A stretch of DNA of 29,496 nucleotides from an uncultured Methylophaga sp. (GCA_964430395.1 CAYSGK010000003.1:1-29496); one strand, 5' to 3'. Positions 12,529 through 21,711 are shown, counted from the first letter of the stretch. Numbers and translations: made by a program. The notes: generated by a model from the letters alone, not told the origin.

Positions 12529-12700
12529 ATACCGTGATAAAAAATCTCAAGAATGACAAGCTTAAAAACCTGTATTATGACTCACTGTGGATGCGTTAAT
12601 AAGCGTCGCTAGGTGCTTCAGCCGAGAACAGGCTTGGAATCAAATGAATTTCTTTCACGGTTGAAGCCGTTGTCACGTATTTGTATTGATTACGGGTACA
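12528..12700. mobile_element. Second ERIC-ended element with a different, non-REP interior
   Basis: Begins TATACCGTGATA and ends TATTGATTACGGGTACA (16/26 to the copy-4 right end); abuts copy 2 head to tail; interior contains short hairpins. Confidence 0.5.
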
Positions 12701-12846
12701 TAACCGTGACCATTGAAAGTGCAGATTTTTGCCTACCCGTCACTCCCGCATGTTTTTAGCGGGAGTCTTACTACTGCTCAGATTCCGGCAAAAGCTACCG
12801 GAACGACGGTCGAGTAAAAGCTGCAAATTGATTTCTCTTGGGTATA
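12699..12846. mobile_element. Miniature element, copy 2 (most complete, 148 bp)
   Basis: Left CATAACCGTGACCATTGAAAGTGCAG; REP A CGTCACTCCCGC-atgttttta-GCGGGAGTC (12738-12767); inverted REP B GATTCCGG...CCGGAACGACG (12781-12808); right CTGCAAATTGATTTCTCTTGGGTATA. Confidence 0.85.
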
Positions 12847-12868
12847 GCGGGGATTACGAGAAAATATA

Positions 12869-14188
12869 ATGAGTTTGCGAACATTAATTAACTTACGAAT
12901 TTTATTATCTGTAGTTTTGATTTTGATTCTAGGTGGCATGACGGCAGTATGGCAAGCACGGCAGTCAGTTAAAAAAGAAGTGAAATCATCAATCACATTA
13001 GCATTGCAGATGATTGAACTTGGTTTTGCACAGGCACCCGCTGCGGGCAAAAATAGTAGTGAATGGTTATCACGAATTAGTGCTTTGCAACAGACGAGAC
13101 ATTTGCAGTTTGCAATTATTCAAGACGGGGGTAAACCAATAAAATTTGCCTTTCATCGGGAGGTTGACAACTCAGAATCTAGGCCACCCAACTGGTTTAT
13201 TCAAGCGGTGGGGACAGAATATTTGACAGAACGATATGATGTCAGCATGGCTGATGGCAGTAAACAAACTATTTTAATTACGGCGAACCCGCTGGATGAG
13301 ATCACGGAAGCCTGGGGTGAGTCTAAAGCATTTTTTTGGTCGGTTGTGGTGATGCTTTTAGTTATATTTCTTGCGGTAAATTTAGTATTCAATTCCATGT
13401 TACGAGCAGTACAAGCTATTTTAACGGGGCTTCATCAAGTGGAAGCGGGTAAGTATGACATTACTATTACTAAGTCTAATATTAGCGAATTCGATGCGAT
13501 TGCGACAGAAGTAAATGAAATGTCACGGGCGTTAAAAGTTGCACAGGAAAATAATCAAGCATTGGCACGGCATACTATGCAAATTCAAGAGACAGAACGT
13601 AAAACCCTATCACGCGAATTGCACGATGAAATGGGACAATCACTAACTGCAATTAAAGCGATGGCTGTGACATCACAACAGAAAAATAGTGATGTAGCAT
13701 CAATAGCAGATTCAATTATTGAAATTTGTGACCATTTAGCCAAGGTAGTTCGTTCGATGATGCGAACATTGCATCCACTCAGTCTAACGGAACTGGGTTT
13801 GAATGCGACATTGACCGACTTAGTCAGTGAGTGGCAGCGTCGTCAGCCGGATCTTGATATTACATTTCAGTATGATGAGCCGTTAGATAAGCTAGGTAGT
13901 GAGCTCGCAATTAATGTTTATCGTGTGACGCAAGAATGTTTAACTAATGTGGTCAGGCATGCTAATGCCAGCAAGGTGAATGTAATTATCGCTTATACTG
14001 GCGATCGTGTAGTAATAACCGTGAGGGATAATGGTATAGGTGCGCAAGCGGGTTCACAAGGTTTCGGTGTGTTAGGTATGCGTGAGCGAGTTGAAAATAT
14101 GGGAGGCCAACTTAATTTTAATTCGTCGCAAGGACAAGGGGTAATAGTGACTGCTTGGATGCCATTTGTGGGGAAAAAGAGTGAGTAA
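12869..14188 (+). CDS. Membrane sensor histidine kinase, HisKA_3 (NarX/UhpB) type with HAMP; MoxY/MxcQ-like architecture
   Basis: Two TM helices flanking a periplasmic domain containing PPNWF, HAMP region, H-box LSRELHDEMGQSLTAI, N-box QECLTNVVRHA, DNGIG and GFGVLGMRERV. Confidence 0.9.
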   Translation: MSLRTLINLRILLSVVLILILGGMTAVWQARQSVKKEVKSSITLALQMIELGFAQAPAAGKNSSEWLSRISALQQTRHLQFAIIQDGGKPIKFAFHREVDNSESRPPNWFIQAVGTEYLTERYDVSMADGSKQTILITANPLDEITEAWGESKAFFWSVVVMLLVIFLAVNLVFNSMLRAVQAILTGLHQVEAGKYDITITKSNISEFDAIATEVNEMSRALKVAQENNQALARHTMQIQETERKTLSRELHDEMGQSLTAIKAMAVTSQQKNSDVASIADSIIEICDHLAKVVRSMMRTLHPLSLTELGLNATLTDLVSEWQRRQPDLDITFQYDEPLDKLGSELAINVYRVTQECLTNVVRHANASKVNVIIAYTGDRVVITVRDNGIGAQAGSQGFGVLGMRERVENMGGQLNFNSSQGQGVIVTAWMPFVGKKSE

Positions 14189-14825
14189 GAAATTAAAAGT
14201 ATTATTAGTTGATGATCATACTGTGGTCAGGGCAGGGTTTCGTATGCTGTTGTCATCACAAAACTTTATTGATGAGATTATGGATGTAGATCGGGGTGAA
14301 ATGGCTTGCCAACATTATAATGAATTTCAGCCCAATGTGGTGGTGATGGATTTATCAATGCCGGGTATTGGTGGTTTGGAAGCAATACGCCGTTTGATTC
14401 AATTAGATAGTGATGCGGTAGTATTGGTGTATAGTATTCATGATGAAGCTATTTATGTGGAGCGTGCTTTACAGGCCGGAGCAAAGGGATATGTGACTAA
14501 AAATAGTGCGGCTAGCGTGCTGGCAGAGGCGGTGTCAGTTGTGGCATCAGGCAAAGAATATCTTGAAGACGGATTATTGCCGGAACACTATTATAGTGAT
14601 GAAGAAAATCTTAGAGAAGTGGTTGATATATTATCACCGCGTGAGTTTGATGTTTTCTGTTTGTTAGCTAAAGGAATGACAGTACATGAAGCCGCAGCTG
14701 ATTTATGCTTGGGTTATAAAACAGTTGCGAATTATAGTACGCAGATCAAAAATAAATTAAATGCGAGCACCGCGGCTGATCTAGCGCATATCGCTATGCG
14801 TTTAGGTATTATTAAAAGCCATTGA
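14181..14825 (+). CDS. LuxR/NarL-family response regulator (probable GTG start 14181)
   Basis: KVLLVDDH, VVMDLSMPGIGGLE, GAKGYVTK, C-terminal HTH LSPREFDVFCLLAKG...KTVANYSTQIKNKL; overlaps the kinase stop. Confidence 0.92.
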   Translation: MSKKLKVLLVDDHTVVRAGFRMLLSSQNFIDEIMDVDRGEMACQHYNEFQPNVVVMDLSMPGIGGLEAIRRLIQLDSDAVVLVYSIHDEAIYVERALQAGAKGYVTKNSAASVLAEAVSVVASGKEYLEDGLLPEHYYSDEENLREVVDILSPREFDVFCLLAKGMTVHEAAADLCLGYKTVANYSTQIKNKLNASTAADLAHIAMRLGIIKSH

Positions 14826-14892
14826 TTAGTATCTGATGAACTAATTATAAATTACTACGGTCACAGTTATGTTTAGTGCTATTATAATGATT

Positions 14893-15255
14893 ATGAAAAA
14901 AAGAAATACACTATTTTGGATTTTCTTTAGCTTGTTTTTTATTCAGCAGGCGGGCTTAGTTGTGGCTGATTCATTTTCCGATCACAAGCATGCGATACCA
15001 GCCGAAATGATAGGGCATCATACAATGGATCATGCGATGGCTAGCACCGATGGTTCATCCGATATGTCAATGAATAAGCCTTGTTGTAAGGTTAATTGCC
15101 ACTGTGGTGCACTGGGCTGTGGTAGTGCGCTTATTTTTCATGTTACACCAACGCAGAGCGTGGCAATTCTCCCTGATGTACTAGATTCTCACTATGTGTT
15201 TACTCAAACGCTAATACATTATTCTTCTCTATTTCGTCCCCCCATTTCTATCTAA
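14893..15255 (+). CDS. CopL/CzcI/DUF2946-like Cys/His/Met-rich upstream protein with C-terminal RPP
   Basis: Basic-hydrophobic N-terminus, His/Met-rich middle, CCKVNCHCGALGC, ends LFRPPISI; first gene of the cus cluster. The start could also be 14869 or 14887. Confidence 0.7.
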   Translation: MKKRNTLFWIFFSLFFIQQAGLVVADSFSDHKHAIPAEMIGHHTMDHAMASTDGSSDMSMNKPCCKVNCHCGALGCGSALIFHVTPTQSVAILPDVLDSHYVFTQTLIHYSSLFRPPISI

Positions 15256-15385
15256 CACAGGGTTAGTGTGTCTGTAATTTACAGATAAACATAGTTATTC
15301 CCTAAAAATCTTGTTATCGAGCACGGTTAAAGATGCTCGGCTAATAATGTTATTGCTAAACCTTGTTTAGCCGTTAGAGTAGAGA

Positions 15386-16783
15386 ATGAAAATGAATATT
15401 TCACATCGTTTTACAAAAATAAAAGTCACATTCTGCTGGCCGCTATTTTTTATATTTTTGGCAGTGAGCGCCACCTATGCAGATGAAATAAATCTGCCTT
15501 TATCATTGGAGCAAGCCATTCAGCAGGCGAAGACTAATGATCCGTGGTTGGTCGAGAACCAGTTTATCCAAAATGCACAGCTTTCAAGATCAATAGCTGC
15601 AGGGACATTACCTGATCCTGTGGTATCACTAGGTTTTCTTAATTTACCTACAGATGGATTTGATTTTAATCAAGAAGATATGACTCAGTTGAAAGCAGGG
15701 ATCAGTCAAATGTTTCCACGCGGAGATACATTGCAACTACAGAGCAAAAAACTGCAAATATTAAGTGGGCAGAATCCCTATTTAAGAGCAGATAGAAAAG
15801 AACGGATTAGCGTCATTGTTACTGCCTTGTGGCTTGACGCCTTTAATGCAAAAGAAAGTATTCGCCTAATTGAGCAGGATCGGGATTTATTTGAACAATT
15901 ACTTGATGTTTCGGAGGTGAGCTATTCAACTGCATTTGGAGGCACGCAACAACAGGATGTAGTAAGAGCACAATTAGAACTAACACGTCTCGATGACCGG
16001 CTAACGCAATTGAAACAACAACAGGATGTTGCACAGAAGAAATTATCACAATGGATCAGCGGTCAGTTTACCGAGCAATATTCAGATTCAGCCATATCGA
16101 GTCCAGCAACAATTGAAATTGATAATAAAAAGTTTCCCCAGCTTGTCTTAAAACAAGCGGATCTTATTGAGATAAATGATCAATTATTGCCAGAAAAATT
16201 AGCTAATTATTTTGTCCAACATCCCGCTATGTTGGCATTGGAAAGCCGTATTCAGGCGAGTCAAACAGAGGTCGAATTAACACAGCAAAAATACAAGTCA
16301 CAGTGGGGAGTAAATGCCGCTTATAGCTATCGGGCAGATCGAGCTTCAGGCAGAAGTCGAGCAAATTTTTTATCAATAGGGATTAACTTTGATCTACCAC
16401 TATTTACTGAGAATAAACAAGATAAACAAGTACAAGCCTCTATTTCAGAGGCAGAAGCGATAAAAACCCAGAAGTGGCTATTATTACGAAAAATGATTGC
16501 TGACTTTCAAACATCAAAAGCCAATTTGCAACGCCTAGAGCAACGATCCAGGCTTTACAGTGAACAATTATTACCTAAAATTCATGAACAAGCAGAAGCA
16601 GCACTTACTGCCTATACCAATGACGAGGGCGATTTTGCAGAGGTGGTGCGAGCGCGAATTGATGTTCTTGATACAGAAATAGAAAATTTAAATATTGAAG
16701 TAGATAAGAAAAAAACAATTGCCCAGCTTAATTATTATATGGCAATAAACGGCGATTTAATAAAGCAAGGAAATCAAAAATGA
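15386..16783 (+). CDS. cusC: TolC-family outer membrane factor of the Cu/Ag RND pump (CusC-like, no obvious lipobox)
   Basis: Signal peptide, LSLEQAIQQA, LPDPVVSLG, QQDVVRAQLEL, INFDLPLF, DFAEVVRA; precedes the MFP and RND genes. Confidence 0.85.
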   Translation: MKMNISHRFTKIKVTFCWPLFFIFLAVSATYADEINLPLSLEQAIQQAKTNDPWLVENQFIQNAQLSRSIAAGTLPDPVVSLGFLNLPTDGFDFNQEDMTQLKAGISQMFPRGDTLQLQSKKLQILSGQNPYLRADRKERISVIVTALWLDAFNAKESIRLIEQDRDLFEQLLDVSEVSYSTAFGGTQQQDVVRAQLELTRLDDRLTQLKQQQDVAQKKLSQWISGQFTEQYSDSAISSPATIEIDNKKFPQLVLKQADLIEINDQLLPEKLANYFVQHPAMLALESRIQASQTEVELTQQKYKSQWGVNAAYSYRADRASGRSRANFLSIGINFDLPLFTENKQDKQVQASISEAEAIKTQKWLLLRKMIADFQTSKANLQRLEQRSRLYSEQLLPKIHEQAEAALTAYTNDEGDFAEVVRARIDVLDTEIENLNIEVDKKKTIAQLNYYMAINGDLIKQGNQK

Positions 16784-18297
16784 ATATATTAAAAAGTCTA
16801 TTTTTACTTGTTATCGGTGCTGTATTTGGCGCCGCATTGATTAAATACTCTTTTCCCGAGTTTTTGGATAGCGTGATGGCTCCAGCAACAATGGAAATGG
16901 AAGAAGATAAACCGCTTTATTGGGTTGCACCAATGAATCCCGATTTTAAAAAAGATAAACCGGGAAAATCGCCTATGGGTATGGATCTTGTTCCAGTATA
17001 TGCTGATAAAGTATCAGACAATGATGAAGGTGCTGGTACGATTAGAATTTCAGCTGATGTAGTTAACAATATAGGGGTTCGCGTTACCCAAGTGATGCAA
17101 AAATCACTACAGAATGAAATTAAAACGGTAGGTTATGTCAAATATGATGAGGATCGGCTTATTCACGTTCATCCGCGCGTTGAAGGTTGGGTAGAAAAAT
17201 TATATGTAAAGGCTGAAGGGGATCCCGTAAAACGAGGACAAGCTCTCTATACCTTATATTCGCCCAACTTAGTCAATGCGCAAGAAGAATATTTAATTGC
17301 TTTGCAACGAAAAAATGAACGTTTGATACGAGCAACCCAAGCAAGAATGAAAGCTTTAGATATTTCTGCGTGGTTTATCACAAACTTGAAAAAGACCCGA
17401 AAAGTGAAACAATCAGTCACATTTTATGCACCGCAATCAGGAGTAATGACAAAGCTAAATATACGTGAAGGCTTTTTTGTTAAACCAGAAACATCGATGA
17501 TGTCTATTGGTGTGATTGATAATGTGTGGGTGCAAGCTGAAATATTTGAACGGCAAGCAGATCAAGTAAAAGTTGGCGCGCCTGTCACAATGACCTTATC
17601 TTATTTTCCTGGAAGAGAGTGGCAGGGCAAAGTAGATTATATTTATCCTACGCTAGAATCTTCTACTCGCACATTAAGGGTACGACTCCGTTTTGAAAAT
17701 AAAGATAAAGCGCTTATGCCAAACATGTTTACACAGGTTGCTATTCATACCGGCAATACTACACCTGTTTTAGTATTGCCTAGAGAGGCTGTTATTCGCA
17801 CGGGTGATATGGATAGGGTTGTATTAGCGCTTGGGAATGGAACTTTTAAATCTATTGCAGTAAAAATAGGGCGTTCTGATAATTATAATATTGAGATATT
17901 GCAAGGGCTTAGTAAGGGCGAAAAAGTGGTTGCTTCGGCGCAATTTTTAATTGATTCAGAGTCTAGTAAAACATCTGATTTTAAAAGAATGAATCATCAA
18001 AGAAAATCAATGAATAATACTGATGATGAAATGGATAAGGCAGAAAAGCCATCAGCACAAGTAGCAGGTGTAATCAACGCCATAATGGCTGAACATAGAA
18101 TGATCAATATCAGTCGAGAAGCGATTATTAAATGGAATAGACCGAAAGCCACCCTAGATTTTATGGTTGATAATTCTGTGGATATAACAAAACTAAGCAA
18201 CGGGCAGAAAATTGATTTTCGCTTTGAAATTAATAACGGTACATTTGTGATCACTGATATTAAGCCTCAAATGGGTAAAGAGGAGACGAAACAATGA
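16780..18297 (+). CDS. cusB: CusB-type membrane fusion protein with C-terminal CusF-like domain
   Basis: Met site YWVAPMNP...GKSPMGMDLVP, GWVEKL, LYSPNLVNAQEEY, IYPTL, LMPNMF, GEKVVASAQFLIDSES, followed by an extra OB-fold-like tail. Confidence 0.93.
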   Translation: MNILKSLFLLVIGAVFGAALIKYSFPEFLDSVMAPATMEMEEDKPLYWVAPMNPDFKKDKPGKSPMGMDLVPVYADKVSDNDEGAGTIRISADVVNNIGVRVTQVMQKSLQNEIKTVGYVKYDEDRLIHVHPRVEGWVEKLYVKAEGDPVKRGQALYTLYSPNLVNAQEEYLIALQRKNERLIRATQARMKALDISAWFITNLKKTRKVKQSVTFYAPQSGVMTKLNIREGFFVKPETSMMSIGVIDNVWVQAEIFERQADQVKVGAPVTMTLSYFPGREWQGKVDYIYPTLESSTRTLRVRLRFENKDKALMPNMFTQVAIHTGNTTPVLVLPREAVIRTGDMDRVVLALGNGTFKSIAVKIGRSDNYNIEILQGLSKGEKVVASAQFLIDSESSKTSDFKRMNHQRKSMNNTDDEMDKAEKPSAQVAGVINAIMAEHRMINISREAIIKWNRPKATLDFMVDNSVDITKLSNGQKIDFRFEINNGTFVITDIKPQMGKEETKQ

Positions 18298-21200
18298 TTG
18301 CCGGGATTATTCGTTGGTCAATCAATAACCGCTTCTTTGTAATATTAGCAGCATTTATTATTGTTGGGTTGGGGCTTTATTCGGTGAAAAATACACCGTT
18401 GGATGCGATTCCTGATTTGTCGGATGTTCAAGTGATTATTAAAACTAGCTACCCCGGACAAGCGCCACAAGTAGTAGAAGATCAAGTGACTTATCCGCTT
18501 ACCACTGCCATGTTATCAGTGCCTGGTTCAGTGACAGTGCGAGGTTATTCTTTTTTTGGTGATTCTTATGTTTACATTATCTTTGATGAAAAAACAGATC
18601 TGTATTGGGCTCGAAGTCGGGTTCTTGAATATTTGAGTCAAGTTGCCCCTAACCTTCCGCCTACCGCCAAACCGCAATTAGGTCCCGATGCGACGGGCGT
18701 AGGTTGGGTATATATCTATGCTTTGCAAGATAAAACAGGGCAACATGATATTAGCCAGCTACGTAGTATTCAGGATTGGTTTTTGAAATATGAATTACAA
18801 ACTGTTCCTGGCGTCTCAGAAGTATCTGCAGTAGGTGGAATGGTTAAGCAATATCAAATTCAAGTTGATCCCGATAAATTGCGTGCTTATGGTATTCCAC
18901 TTACTCAAATACAGATAGCTATTCAACATGGGAATCAGGAAATTGGTGCTTCAGTTGTTGAAATGTCTGAGGCTGAATATATGGTTAGAGCTACAGGATA
19001 TATTAAAAGTATTGAAGATTTGAATACGATACCTTTAGGAGTGAACAAAAATGGCACCCCTTTGTTATTAAAAGATCTAGCTGAAATTAGTGCGGGTCCT
19101 CAAATGCGACGAGGTGTCGCTGAGCTGAATGGAGAAGGTGAAACCGTAGGTGGTATTGTTGTAATGCGTTTTGGTGAAAATGCCCAAAAAACAATAGATG
19201 GTGTAAAGTCGAAATTGCAGCAATTAAAACAAAGCCTGCCTAAAGGTGTGGAAATTGTACCTGTTTATGATCGCAGCGCACTGATTGAGCGAGCTGTAGA
19301 TAATTTAGGGCACAAATTATTAGAAGAATTTATTGTTGTGGCATTTGTCTGCATGGTATTTTTATTTCATATTCGTTCGTCACTTGTTGCTATTGTCAGC
19401 TTGCCTGTCGGAATATTAGCTGCATTTATTATTATGCATGCGCAAGGAATCAATGCCAATATCATGTCTTTAGGCGGGATAGCTATAGCCATTGGTGCCA
19501 TGATTGATGGCGCTATTGTGATGATTGAAAATATGCACAAACATATGGAGAGGATCCCCATAAATAAAGAAAACCGCTGGCAGATCGTAATAGATTCTGC
19601 AACAGAAGTGGGTCCTGCATTGTTTTTCAGTCTATTAATTATCACTATCAGTTTTGTGCCTGTATTTACGCTAGAGGCACAAGAGGGACGTATGTTTGCA
19701 CCTTTAGCATTTACTAAAACCTATGCTATGGCGGCTTCTGCACTATTGGCGATTACACTAGTACCCGTATTGATGGGCTATTTTGTGCGAGGCAAGATTT
19801 TACCAGAACATAAAAACCCCATTAATCGATTATTAACAGGGATCTATATGCCCGTATTAAAAGGGGCACTAAAATTGCCATTGGTAACCGTAATTATTGC
19901 AATTGTTATTGCTGTTATTGGATTACTGCCAGCTAAAAATATTGGTAGTGAATTTATCCCACCTTTGGATGAGGGAGATTTGATGTATATGCCTACAACC
20001 TACCCTGGTATTTCAATAGGTAAGGCACGTGAGTTATTACAACAAACAGACAAGTTGATTAGCACTATACCTGAGGTTAAAACTGTTTTTGGTAAGGTAG
20101 GTCGAGCTGAAACGGCCACCGATCCCGCCCCATTAACGATGATTGAAACTTTTATTCAGCTTAAACCTCATTCTGAATGGCGAGTGGGTATGAACACTGA
20201 GAAATTAAAAACAGAATTCAATGATTTAATTCGATTTCCTGGTGTAACAAATGCATGGGTTATGCCAATTAAAACGCGAATTGATATGTTGGCAACGGGT
20301 ATAAAAACACCCGTTGGAATAAAGGTTGCTGGGCCAGACTTGAAGGTCATTCAACAAATTGGGCAGCAATTAGAAACGATTATTAAAGATGTTCCCGGCA
20401 CAGCTTCAGTTTATTCAGAGCGAGTGGCTGGAGGGCGATATATCAAAATCGATATTCAACGTGAAAAAGCAGCACGTTATGGTTTGAATATTTCTGATGT
20501 GCAGCAAGTTATTGCTACGGCTGTTGGTGGCATTAATGTTTCTCAATCAGTTGAAGGTTTAGAACGTTATCCAATTAATATTCGCTACCCACAGGATTAT
20601 CGCAATTCACCCGAGCAAATGGCTTTATTACCCATTGTGACAGCAAAAAATGAGCGTATTGCCTTGGGTGATGTGGCGCATATCTATATTGAAGACGGCC
20701 CCCCTGCAATCAAAAGTGAAAATGCACGCTTAAATGGCTGGACCTATATTGATATTGAAAATGTGGATATTGGCAGCTATGTTGAGCAGGCACAAAGAAT
20801 TGTTAAACAACAAGGTAATTTACCTGCAGGATACTCATTAATTTGGTCTGGTCAATATGAATATATGTTGCGTGCTAAAGAAAAATTGACCTATGTGATT
20901 CCATTAACCTTAGCCATTATAATTATCTTGTTATATATCAATTTTCGTCGTTTTGCAGAAGTGGCCATTATTATGGCAACCTTGCCATTGGCAATGGTAG
21001 GCAGTATCCAGTTAATGGCCTATTTAGGTTTTAATTTTTCTGTTGCAGTGGGGGTTGGCTTTATTGCCTTGGCAGGGGTGGCAGTAGAGATTAGCGTGAT
21101 TATGTTGATATATCTTAACCAAGCCTATGAGCGTATGCGTTCTGATTGTGAACAAAAAGGTATTAAACCGACAGTGCTTATTCTACGTCAAGCTATAATG

Positions 21201-21431
21201 GATGGGGCAGGAATGCGTGTCAGACCGGTTATGATGACCGCCGCTGCTATCATTGTAGGCTTATTGCCCGTTATGTATGGTACGGGAACAGGATCAGAAG
21301 TGATGAGCCGAATTGCAGCACCCATGGTAGGAGGCATGATAACAGCACTTATTATGACTTTATTAGTATTACCTGTGGTCTACTTTATGTGGCGTAAGTT
21401 TTCTATTCGGGCTTATCACAGCCATAATTGA
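18294..21431 (+). CDS. cusA: CusA heavy-metal RND efflux transporter (Cu(I)/Ag(I))
   Basis: LDAIPDLSDVQVII, GAMIDGAIVMIEN, Met triad equivalents YMPT / TMIET / IDMLATG, RVRPVMMT; 1045 aa. Confidence 0.97.
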   Translation: MIAGIIRWSINNRFFVILAAFIIVGLGLYSVKNTPLDAIPDLSDVQVIIKTSYPGQAPQVVEDQVTYPLTTAMLSVPGSVTVRGYSFFGDSYVYIIFDEKTDLYWARSRVLEYLSQVAPNLPPTAKPQLGPDATGVGWVYIYALQDKTGQHDISQLRSIQDWFLKYELQTVPGVSEVSAVGGMVKQYQIQVDPDKLRAYGIPLTQIQIAIQHGNQEIGASVVEMSEAEYMVRATGYIKSIEDLNTIPLGVNKNGTPLLLKDLAEISAGPQMRRGVAELNGEGETVGGIVVMRFGENAQKTIDGVKSKLQQLKQSLPKGVEIVPVYDRSALIERAVDNLGHKLLEEFIVVAFVCMVFLFHIRSSLVAIVSLPVGILAAFIIMHAQGINANIMSLGGIAIAIGAMIDGAIVMIENMHKHMERIPINKENRWQIVIDSATEVGPALFFSLLIITISFVPVFTLEAQEGRMFAPLAFTKTYAMAASALLAITLVPVLMGYFVRGKILPEHKNPINRLLTGIYMPVLKGALKLPLVTVIIAIVIAVIGLLPAKNIGSEFIPPLDEGDLMYMPTTYPGISIGKARELLQQTDKLISTIPEVKTVFGKVGRAETATDPAPLTMIETFIQLKPHSEWRVGMNTEKLKTEFNDLIRFPGVTNAWVMPIKTRIDMLATGIKTPVGIKVAGPDLKVIQQIGQQLETIIKDVPGTASVYSERVAGGRYIKIDIQREKAARYGLNISDVQQVIATAVGGINVSQSVEGLERYPINIRYPQDYRNSPEQMALLPIVTAKNERIALGDVAHIYIEDGPPAIKSENARLNGWTYIDIENVDIGSYVEQAQRIVKQQGNLPAGYSLIWSGQYEYMLRAKEKLTYVIPLTLAIIIILLYINFRRFAEVAIIMATLPLAMVGSIQLMAYLGFNFSVAVGVGFIALAGVAVEISVIMLIYLNQAYERMRSDCEQKGIKPTVLILRQAIMDGAGMRVRPVMMTAAAIIVGLLPVMYGTGTGSEVMSRIAAPMVGGMITALIMTLLVLPVVYFMWRKFSIRAYHSHN

Positions 21432-21462
21432 TTAAGTCATGAGCCTAAACTTTATTGGAATT

Positions 21463-21621
21463 TATACTCGTAATTATTGAAAATGCAGTTTTTTATTCAC
21501 CCGTCACTCCCACATGTTTTTAGCGGGAGTCTTGCTTATGTCCAGATTCCGGCTAAAAGCTACCGAAACGAAGTAACCGCAGGGTAAATGATGAAGGAGT
21601 AGAAGCTACAGATTGGGCATA
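21463..21621. mobile_element. Miniature element, copy 3
   Basis: Left TATACTCGTAATTATTGAAAATGCAG; REP A 21502-21531 and REP B 21544-21572 nearly identical to copy 2; extra internal segment, then a shortened right end GAAGCTACAGATTGGGCATA. Confidence 0.8.
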
Positions 21622-21711
21622 CAAGACTATGTTTGAACGTAGATCTGACGGATTATAGGCTTAACTAAGTCGTTACAATAGTTTAATCATAATTAATTAA
21701 AGGATAAAAAT

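Noticed and set aside
12778-13398. Minus-strand ORFs 12778-13050 and 13201-13398
   Set aside because: Antisense to the kinase and the repeat element; no features.
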